From Schaalia odontolytica (lineage in GTDB: Bacteria; Actinomycetota; Actinomycetes; Actinomycetales; Actinomycetaceae): 32,000 bases of DNA. Position numbers and translations under genes: made by a program. The notes under the pieces are model-generated. The model had not been told where the DNA came from, searched no databases, and worked only from the letters and a program-made list of their open reading frames with translations. The DNA lies in NCBI RefSeq assembly GCF_005696695.1, contig NZ_CP040006.1:210001-242000 (forward strand), written 5' to 3'. Positions 24,232 through 31,351 of the stretch are shown one piece after another (the first letter of the stretch is position 1; each line of letters opens with the position of its first letter).

Positions 24232-25227
24232 ATGAGTGATACCTCCCGTGCTCGGCCTCTGGCTGAAACACTCGCCGCAATGGCAGCGTTGACCCCTGCG
24301 CAGCACGCGCTCTTGGAACGCATCTCGCACCACGCGACGCCCGTGACCGTGGCGGAGTTGGCTCAGGAAGCTGGCTTGCACGTCTCGAGCGTGCGCGAGA
24401 CCCTTGAGGGCCTGTTCGCCCTTGGCCTCGTGGAAAAGCAGCAGCTCCCCTCATCCGGCCGTGGCCGCCCCGCGCTGGGCTATTCGACGATGACCCCGGC
24501 GGACCCCTCGTTTGCGGCGCAGATGCTGCACCAGCTCACCTCGTCGCTGCTGGCCTGGCTGCGCGTTGACGCGGCCGACCCGGCGGCTTCCGTGCGTGAG
24601 ATCGGCTCGCGCTGGGCGGACGCCGCCCTCGAGACGATGGCGGTGCCTGATCACAGCCACAATGCGAACCGTCGCCCCGTGCGCGACACCTTCAACATCG
24701 CGTCGCACCTGGGCAAGGTGCGCCTGTTCATGAACGCCATGGGTTTTGCGTCCGTCCCGCACGACACTGATCCGATGGCGGTCGTCCTGACGGCATGCCC
24801 GTTCACCGAGCCGGGCACCCCCGATGACCTGGCCCTCGAGCTGCGCCGCGGCATCGTCGAGCGAGTCTTCGAGCGGACGGCGACCGGCTTTGCCACCTGG
24901 TCACTGGAGAGCGATCCCGAGGATCCTCTGCGCCTGACGGTCTATATTCGACGGCTCGACGAGGCGAACCCGAAGCCGCTGTCGACGACCCTTCACTTCT
25001 TCGGTGGAGCGGCCGAGGCTGCCGGTGGGTACATGCGAGAACTGCCCTCCGATGAGACCCCCGCGACCCTGGGTGAACTCATCGATCAGCTCAGCTCAGA
25101 GAGCCCTGAGCTGGAGCGAATCCTCGCTGTGTCGAGCTACCTGGTCAACGAGCGCTCCGCTCGTCTGGATGCCGAGCTTGCGCCCGGCGCGCGCGTCGAC
25201 GTGCTGCCTCCGTTCGCCGGCGGGTGA
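24232..25227 (+). CDS. moaD: Fusion protein: N-terminal winged-helix regulator-like module (COG2345/SufR-like architecture) plus a C-terminal MoaD/ThiS sulfur-carrier domain ending in GG
   Basis: The ATG at 24232 lies 6 nt after GGGAGAGAGGA (the track ORF starts at 24211). The N-terminus reads LTPAQHALLERISHHATPVTVAELAQEAGLHVSSVRETLEGLFALGLVEKQQLPSSGRGRPALGY. The C-terminal ~80 aa read TLHFFGGAAEAAGG...LIDQL...RVDVLPPFAGG-stop. The frame is continuous, and moaE follows. Confidence 0.75.
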   Translation: MSDTSRARPLAETLAAMAALTPAQHALLERISHHATPVTVAELAQEAGLHVSSVRETLEGLFALGLVEKQQLPSSGRGRPALGYSTMTPADPSFAAQMLHQLTSSLLAWLRVDAADPAASVREIGSRWADAALETMAVPDHSHNANRRPVRDTFNIASHLGKVRLFMNAMGFASVPHDTDPMAVVLTACPFTEPGTPDDLALELRRGIVERVFERTATGFATWSLESDPEDPLRLTVYIRRLDEANPKPLSTTLHFFGGAAEAAGGYMRELPSDETPATLGELIDQLSSESPELERILAVSSYLVNERSARLDAELAPGARVDVLPPFAGG

Positions 25228-25328
25228 GATTTTTTAGTCATTTGTGTGGGGCGGTCAGGGTTGTAAGACAATCCTGACCGCTCCCTCGTAAGATGGAGGG
25301 GAAGGCATTCCCGTCCCTGGAGGATCCC

Positions 25329-25748
25329 ATGTCAGCTGAGATTGCAACCGGCATCACCGATGAGCCGCTGGATACTGGCGCGCTGATTGATAGCGCACGT
25401 CGGGATACGTGTGGTGCTGTGGCTTCCTTTATTGGGGTTGTGCGTAACCATGATGGTGGGGAGAGCGTGGACGCGATCGAGTATTCCTCGCACCCTTCGT
25501 CGCAGCAGATTCTGCGGGACATCGTCATGGAGTTCAAGGATCGTCCGGGTGTGCATTGCATCGTTGCGTGGCACCGCGTGGGGCATCTGGAGATCGGCGA
25601 GGATGCGATGGTCGTCGCCGTCGCTGCAGAGCATCGCGCGCAGGCATTCCGTGCGGTCGAGGCCATTGTCGAGGAAGTGAAGGCGAAGCTCCCGATCTGG
25701 AAGAAGCAGGAATTGACTGACGGTTCGCACAACTGGTCGGGTCTGTGA
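25329..25748 (+). CDS. moaE: Molybdopterin synthase catalytic subunit MoaE
   Basis: 139 aa from MSAEIATG. The ATG at 25329 lies 6 nt after GGAGGA. Sequence: GAVASFIGVVRNHDGGESV..LEYSSHP...VAVAAEHRAQAF...VKAKLPIWKKQ. Confidence 0.9.
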   Translation: MSAEIATGITDEPLDTGALIDSARRDTCGAVASFIGVVRNHDGGESVDAIEYSSHPSSQQILRDIVMEFKDRPGVHCIVAWHRVGHLEIGEDAMVVAVAAEHRAQAFRAVEAIVEEVKAKLPIWKKQELTDGSHNWSGL

Positions 25749-25749
25749 G

Positions 25750-26574
25750 ATGACGATCGGCGATCCTTATTCCCGTGATGCGGCCGTTTCGGGTCGCACC
25801 GTCGCGCTTCCGCTGATCAATCAGCCCGTCCCGTACGAGGCCGGGGATCCTGCGCTGGAGCGTTTCCGTCGCAATTGGCTGGTGTCCGGTATTGGCGAGG
25901 CCGGTCAGGCGCGCCTGGCAGCCGCGCGCGTGCTCGTGGTGGGCGCGGGCGGCCTCGGCTCGCCCGTCCTCCTGTACCTGACGGCGGCGGGCATCGGCAC
26001 GATCGGTATCTGCGATTCCGACGTGGTCGAGGTGTCGAATCTTCAGCGTCAGCTCCTGCATGGCGAGGGTGATGTGGGGGATCCGAAGCCGGATTCTGCG
26101 GTGCGTCACCTGAGCGGACTGAACTCCTCGGTGCGCTTTGAGCGCTACGGGCACGTGACCCGCGAGTGGCTGGACGAGCATGGCCGTGAGTGGGACCTGA
26201 TCGTCGAGTGCACGGATAGCTTTGACTCGAAGTACCTCGTGGCGGACTACTGCGCGGATTCTGGTGTTCCGCTGGTGTGGGGCACGGTCGTGTCGATGGC
26301 CTTCCAGGTGAGCGTGTTCTGGTCTGCGGCACCGGCTCCCGTGCCGTCTCTGACGCTGCGGAGCCTGCACCCGGTCAAGCCTGCCCCCGGGACGACCCCG
26401 GCCTCGCCGAAGGTTGGCGTGCTCGGTCCCGTGGTCGGTCAGGCGGGCACCGCGATGGCGACGGAGGCAATCAAGCTGCTGGTGGGCTTTGGTGAGCCGC
26501 TGATCGGGCGCGTCCTCATGACGGATGCGGCGACGCAGCGCGCCGACGTGCTGACCTTCGCCCCGTGGGACTGA
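25750..26574 (+). CDS. moeB: MoeB/ThiF-family adenylyltransferase (E1-like), with no rhodanese domain and no CxxC zinc motifs
   Basis: 274 aa. It has the Rossmann motif VLVVGAGGLGSP, NLQRQ, ECTDSFDSKY and GVLGPVVG. The positions of the two CxxC pairs in E. coli MoeB read LRSL here, and the protein ends before the second pair. Confidence 0.85.
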   Translation: MTIGDPYSRDAAVSGRTVALPLINQPVPYEAGDPALERFRRNWLVSGIGEAGQARLAAARVLVVGAGGLGSPVLLYLTAAGIGTIGICDSDVVEVSNLQRQLLHGEGDVGDPKPDSAVRHLSGLNSSVRFERYGHVTREWLDEHGREWDLIVECTDSFDSKYLVADYCADSGVPLVWGTVVSMAFQVSVFWSAAPAPVPSLTLRSLHPVKPAPGTTPASPKVGVLGPVVGQAGTAMATEAIKLLVGFGEPLIGRVLMTDAATQRADVLTFAPWD

Positions 26575-27197
26575 GTCCCGTGGCTGCCCCGCGCGCTGAC
26601 GTCGCTGCGATCGTCGTCGGCGGCGGTGGGGGAGAGCGCCTGGGTGGCGTCTCCAAGCCTGACCTGACGCTGGGTGGCGTGCGCTTGATCGACCGCGTCT
26701 GCGGGGTCTTGACGGAGGCGTGCAGTGCGGGTTGCGTGGCTGTCGTGCCGCCCAGTGTACGCGTCCCGGATGGCGTCGCACGCACCCTCGAGGATCCGCC
26801 AAGCGGCGGCCCGCTGGCCGGTATCGACGCCGGCCTGCGTGCGCTGAGCGTCGGCGACGACGTCCTCGTCGTGGTTGTTTCCGTCGATGCTCCCGGCGTG
26901 GGTGCTTTCCTGCCCGCCCTCCTTGAGCCCGCGTTAGGTGAGAGTAGCGACGGGCGTATCGTGCGCGGTGGCGATCCGGAGCCTTTTGACCAGTACCTGA
27001 TGGGCGTCTACCGCGCTGGCGCGCTGCGCCGCGTCCTCGACGAGGCCGTGGCCGCCCTCGGGTCGGTCCGTGGCGTGGGGGTTCGTCGGGTGCTGCGCGC
27101 CCTTGACGTCGAGCGGGTGAGCGTGGGCGCTGACGTCTGCAGGGACATCGATACCCCTGAGGATGTGGCCTGGTGGGAGACATTTCTGAGCAACTGA
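26565..27197 (+). CDS. mobA: Molybdenum cofactor guanylyltransferase MobA
   Basis: 210 aa. It has the N-terminal IVVGGGGGERLGG nucleotide-binding motif and NTP_transf_3-like features (VSVDAPGV, CRDIDTPED). The GTG start is uncertain (26565 overlaps moeB; 26580 is the alternative). Confidence 0.8.
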   Translation: MGLSPVAAPRADVAAIVVGGGGGERLGGVSKPDLTLGGVRLIDRVCGVLTEACSAGCVAVVPPSVRVPDGVARTLEDPPSGGPLAGIDAGLRALSVGDDVLVVVVSVDAPGVGAFLPALLEPALGESSDGRIVRGGDPEPFDQYLMGVYRAGALRRVLDEAVAALGSVRGVGVRRVLRALDVERVSVGADVCRDIDTPEDVAWWETFLSN

Positions 27198-27272
27198 TTT
27201 GTCAGTAACGCGCTTTTGGGTGTAGGTTTAGCTAGTAAGCATCTAGTGACCCATCCCACTCAAGGCGTGCTC

Positions 27273-29330
27273 ATGAATCTTCGTCACGGACAACTGTGGC
27301 AGCGACTCGGACTGGCCGTACTGTCAGGCATTCTCGTCGCCTCCCTCGCTCCTGCCACTGCCGCCGCTCCGACAGATGGCCAGAACATGCATGGCGACAT
27401 GGAGTCTACCGACCTCGATGCGTCGAGCTCCGACTCCGGCGTTTCCGCCCCCGACACCGCGCAGGACCGTGCGGCCTCGGACGGTGCTGATGCTTCCGAT
27501 GCCGCCGAATCCGCGGATTCCGCAGACGAGGCCACGGCCTCGTCCGAGGAAGAAAGCACGGACGGCGTCGACGCGCAGGTCTACACTTTCCCCGGCACGG
27601 ATGGCCCCACCCGCATTCATGTTCTAACGACGACGGGTTCGGCGGACGCCATCCTACTCGAGTCGCGCGGCGTCTTCGCCATGATCGACGGAGCCGAGGG
27701 GGTCGGCGCCCCCGACGGCAAGGATCCGCGTTACCCCCTGCGCGAGGGAGTCGTTAATGCCGCGCTCGGAGATACCGACTGGGTACTCGGCTATATGTCC
27801 AACCATGGCGTCACCTCCTCGAACCTCGCGTTCTACCTGGGCACGCACGCCCACTCCGACCACATCGACAACGCGGATGAGATCATCAAGAAGTTCCGCC
27901 CGAAGGTCATTCTCAGCCCCGAGTATTCCGACGAGTGGATTACGGATAAGTCCCGCCTGTGGGACAACCAGTGGATCTACGACAACATGATGGCGGCCGC
28001 GCGATGGGCTCAGGGCGCGTACGGAGCCTCGATCGTGCAGAACATCAAGGACTACAACACCCACATCACGCTGGGTGATATGGATGTCCAGATCATCCCC
28101 ACGGATCCGGCTGAAAACTACAAGAAGACCGGCGTGCGCGATGCAAACCTCATCGCATATACCGCGAAGGTGAGCGCCTTCGGGCATTCCGCCTACCTGG
28201 CCGCCGACCTGGAGGCTGGTGGAGGTTACGAGGACCGCATAGCCCCGATCGTTGGGCATGTTGACATGCTCAAGGCCGGTCACCATGGCCTGCCGACCTC
28301 TAACTCGAGTGCCTTCATGAAGGCGCTGAGCCCCTCCATGATCGCCCAGACCGGGCCGGAGTGGTACATCCCCGACAATCTGACTGAGAGCGTCATTCAT
28401 GGCGACTCATCGTGGGTGCCGCTGATGGATCTGTGGTCCAGTGCGCACATTCCCTCGCTCATCGCAACTTTCGGCCCTTCCGGCATTTCGTACAACGATC
28501 TGTCCTACGCTTCCTGGGGGCATGAGTACGGCCTGGAAAGTCCGCGCGCCTGGTGGTTCAAGGGCGGCCGACCCGCGGCTACGACCGGCTGGTGGAAGGG
28601 AAGCAGCGGCAACTGGTACTACTTCGCCGGCAAGCCCTCCGCCGAGGCCAGTACCTGGGTGTATGACGGCGGCCAGTGGTACTGGATGGATTACTCCGGG
28701 GCGATGGCATCCTCGGGGCTGGTCGACACGGGTAAAGGCCTCTACTATCTCGACTCTGCGGGGCACCCTTCCGGTAATGGGTGGATGCAGATTAAAGGCA
28801 AGTGGTACTACCTACACGACGGACGCGCCCATAACGGTTGGCTGTACGACGGCGGCTCCTGGTACTGGCTCGATGGACGCACGGGCGATATGGCCACCGG
28901 CTGGACGAGCGTTCAGGGATCCTGGTACTACATGCGTTCTTCGGGCGCGATGGTCACCGGGTGGCTGGACGGCGGCGGCACCTGGTACTACCTGAGCGCC
29001 AGTGGTGTGATGGTGACCGGATGGCTGTACGACAACGGCTCCTGGTACTACTTCGGCAGCGAGGGAATGATGGCCCTCGGCTGGTTCTCGGATGGAAGCG
29101 CTGTGTACTACGCGGCACCCTCCGGTGCGATGGCGACCGGCTGGCTCTACTCGAACGGCTCCTGGTACTACCTGGGCTTGAGCGGCGCTCGGGCAACAGG
29201 CTGGGTTCTGGATGGTGGTGCGTGGTACTACCTGTCGTATGACGGGCGGATGGTCACCGGTCGGAACTATATCGATGGGCGCTTCTCGGTCTTTACTGAC
29301 TCCGGCGTCTGGGTGGGGTACACCTTCTGA
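27273..29330 (+). CDS. Secreted metallo-beta-lactamase-fold hydrolase with ~12 C-terminal cell-wall/choline-binding-type repeats (Pce/CbpE-like architecture)
   Basis: MNLRHGQLWQRLGLAVLSGILVASLAPATAAA is a signal peptide, followed by an acidic Ser/Asp-rich linker. The MBL motif HAHSDH lies at 27846-27863, with KAGHHG later. About 12 repeats of ~20 aa follow (GWxxxxGxWYYxxxSGxMxT). The track ORF starts at 27216. Confidence 0.85.
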   Translation: MNLRHGQLWQRLGLAVLSGILVASLAPATAAAPTDGQNMHGDMESTDLDASSSDSGVSAPDTAQDRAASDGADASDAAESADSADEATASSEEESTDGVDAQVYTFPGTDGPTRIHVLTTTGSADAILLESRGVFAMIDGAEGVGAPDGKDPRYPLREGVVNAALGDTDWVLGYMSNHGVTSSNLAFYLGTHAHSDHIDNADEIIKKFRPKVILSPEYSDEWITDKSRLWDNQWIYDNMMAAARWAQGAYGASIVQNIKDYNTHITLGDMDVQIIPTDPAENYKKTGVRDANLIAYTAKVSAFGHSAYLAADLEAGGGYEDRIAPIVGHVDMLKAGHHGLPTSNSSAFMKALSPSMIAQTGPEWYIPDNLTESVIHGDSSWVPLMDLWSSAHIPSLIATFGPSGISYNDLSYASWGHEYGLESPRAWWFKGGRPAATTGWWKGSSGNWYYFAGKPSAEASTWVYDGGQWYWMDYSGAMASSGLVDTGKGLYYLDSAGHPSGNGWMQIKGKWYYLHDGRAHNGWLYDGGSWYWLDGRTGDMATGWTSVQGSWYYMRSSGAMVTGWLDGGGTWYYLSASGVMVTGWLYDNGSWYYFGSEGMMALGWFSDGSAVYYAAPSGAMATGWLYSNGSWYYLGLSGARATGWVLDGGAWYYLSYDGRMVTGRNYIDGRFSVFTDSGVWVGYTF
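28587..29327 (+). repeat. Coding tandem repeats (~60-bp period) encoding cell-wall-binding repeats
   Basis: The core TCCTGGTACTAC(C/T)T recurs at about 60-bp intervals. The peptide units follow GW(L/T)xxxGSWYY(L/M/F)xxSGxM(V/A)T. Confidence 0.85.
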
Positions 29331-29355
29331 GTGAGCCCCGGCGAGCATCCTCACA

Positions 29356-29397
29356 AAGCGCCGCCCGTCGCGTATTGACGCAGATGGGCGGCGTTTG
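29356..29397 (+). terminator. Candidate terminator after the MBL-repeat gene
   Basis: The stem CGCCGCCC / GGGCGGCG is extendable by AAG/TTT pairs and has a 19-nt loop containing an internal GCG/CGC pair. It ends in TTT. Confidence 0.5.
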
Positions 29398-29545
29398 CCC
29401 GTTGTAGTGTGAGGGGGCAGATCCTGAGCGAAAGGCCACTCATGACGTTCCTTCGTGCCCGCATCGCAGCGGTCCTGACGATGACCGTCGCGGCCGCCGT
29501 GGCCTCGGTCTCGGCGTTGTTGCGCCGCGGCCTCGTTCGTTTCTG

Positions 29546-29649
29546 GTGTCCGGGGGCGGCGGCCCGCCCGCGAGATCGCCACACTCGAGCCTACGGCTCG
29601 GAGTGATCGATCAGATGCCCGGCCAGGCCTCGCCGCCGCCCCCGGACAC
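29546..29649 (+). repeat. GC-rich hairpin repeat element, copy C (104 bp, perfect 17-bp terminal inverted arms)
   Basis: Arms GTGTCCGGGGGCGGCGG (29546-29562) and CCGCCGCCCCCGGACAC (29633-29649) are perfectly complementary. It shares internal CCCGCCCGCGAG and GCCCGGCCAGGCC with copy A and has an internal hairpin CGAGCC-tac-GGCTCG. Confidence 0.75.
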
Positions 29650-29686
29650 TAACGAGCCGAGGCCTCGTTCCTTGCTGCTTGTTGGG

Positions 29687-30199
29687 TCAGCGCTGCTCGT
29701 CGAGCTGGTGGAAGATCGCGGGGAGCAGGGGCGTGACCACCTCGAGGGTGTCGAGCGCGCCGCCTCGCGAGCCGGGAGAGGAGATGATGAGCGCGCCCGA
29801 GGCGTCGCGCGCCGTCATGCCGACCACCTCGCGGGACAGGCCTGACAGGGGAGTGTTGCTCAGGCCGTGGGCACGGATCTGCTCGGCGATGCCGGGGATC
29901 TCGACCTCGATGATCGAGCGGACGATCTCGGGCGCGTAGTTGCCCACGCCGAAACCCGAGCCACCCAGGACCAGGATGAAGCGCGCGCCGGCCTCGAGCG
30001 CGTCGCGAATCTCCGTCTCGAGGATGTCGGCGCTCTCGGGGATCGCTGCGACCGTCACGGGACCCAGGCCGGCTTCGACTAGCGCCGCTGTGCAGGCAGG
30101 GGTCGCCCGGTCCTCCTTCGTGCCGCGCTGGATGCGGTCGGAATAGGTGATGACGTGGGCGCTGATCTGGCTGAGGTCGTAGTCGACAGGCTTGGGCAT
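29687..30199 (-). CDS. moaB: MoaB/MogA-family protein, divergent paralog
   Basis: 170 aa: HVITYSDR...ARFILVLGGSGFGVGNYAPEI...SSPGSRGGALD. The fold-family pattern is clear, but the canonical TTGGTG..RD.TPE motif is replaced by LGGSGFGVGNYAPE. Confidence 0.75.
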   Translation of the reverse strand: MPKPVDYDLSQISAHVITYSDRIQRGTKEDRATPACTAALVEAGLGPVTVAAIPESADILETEIRDALEAGARFILVLGGSGFGVGNYAPEIVRSIIEVEIPGIAEQIRAHGLSNTPLSGLSREVVGMTARDASGALIISSPGSRGGALDTLEVVTPLLPAIFHQLDEQR

Positions 30200-30547
30200 G
30201 GTGTCCTCCGAGGTGTGGTGACGTGCTGGTGACTGTGATCCTAGTCCCTTCCTGCTGTGGAGGCGGGGCTGAGGGCAGGCGTGAGCGTGAGGTGATTTTG
30301 TGTGCGCGTCGCCCGAGGGAAAAGGGGCCTCCGGACGTCTGAGTGCGCTGATGCGCGACTGAAGCGGCCTGCGGATGGCGGCTCACCCCGTTTTATGATG
30401 GGTGAAAACAAGTTAAATAACTTTCTGGCTTTCCCCGGTATTAAAAGCAAAAGTAACAATTTGGGTGCGCTCTTGCGAAGCGTTGCGTGCTTGCTGCGCC
30501 CCTTGTTAGATTTAACGCGTTCGATTCCCTCTCAAAAGGAGATATGA

Positions 30548-31342
30548 GTGCGTTCCCTCCGCATCCTCCCCGCCATCGGCGCCGCCGCCCTGGCACTCGC
30601 CGCCTGCACGGGCGGCTCCACCCCCGCCGACTCCACGGCCTCGGCCGAGGCGACGCAGCCCGCCGAGACCACCGTCCTTAACGTCTACGCCGCCGCCTCC
30701 CTCACCGAGACCTTCGGTGAACTCGAGAAGACCTTCGAGGAAGCCAACCCCGGCGTGGACGTACGCTTCAACTTCGCGGGCTCCCAGGACCTCGTGACCC
30801 AGCTCGGCGAAGGGGCGGACGTCGACGTCCTGGCCACCGCCAACGAGTCCACCATGAAGAAGGCCGCCGAGGCCTCGCAGGTCGACGCGCAGACCATCTT
30901 CGTCACCAACACCCTCACCCTCATCACGACGCCCGGCAACCCGGCGGGCGTGACCGGCCTCGACTCCTCGCTCGACGGAGTCAAGCTGGTGATCTGTGCG
31001 CCCGAGGTCCCCTGCGGCAAGCTCACCAAGACCCTCACCGAGAAGCTCGGCGTGACCCTGAACCCCGTCTCCGAGGAGCAGGCCGTCACCGACGTGCGCG
31101 GCAAGGTCTCCTCTGGCCAGGCCGACGCCGGCATCGTCTACAAGACCGACGCCCTCGCCGAGGGCGACGCCGTCGACACCGTCGCCATCCAGGGCGCCGA
31201 CGAGGCCGTCAACAAGTACCCGATCGCCCTCGTGAGTGCCTCGACCAAGAAGGACCTCGGCCAGAAGTGGATCGACCTGGTTCTGTCCGCCGACGGCCAG
31301 AAGATCCTCGAAAACGCCGGATTCACGCCCGCCGCGAAGTAA
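30548..31342 (+). CDS. modA: Molybdate ABC transporter substrate-binding lipoprotein ModA
   Basis: 264 aa. The GTG start lies 4 nt after AAGGAGA. The lipobox is LALAAC. Sequence: LNVYAAASLTETF...FNFAGSQDLVTQL...AGIVYKTDA. modB follows. Confidence 0.9.
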   Translation: MRSLRILPAIGAAALALAACTGGSTPADSTASAEATQPAETTVLNVYAAASLTETFGELEKTFEEANPGVDVRFNFAGSQDLVTQLGEGADVDVLATANESTMKKAAEASQVDAQTIFVTNTLTLITTPGNPAGVTGLDSSLDGVKLVICAPEVPCGKLTKTLTEKLGVTLNPVSEEQAVTDVRGKVSSGQADAGIVYKTDALAEGDAVDTVAIQGADEAVNKYPIALVSASTKKDLGQKWIDLVLSADGQKILENAGFTPAAK

Positions 31343-31351
31343 CATCGACGC

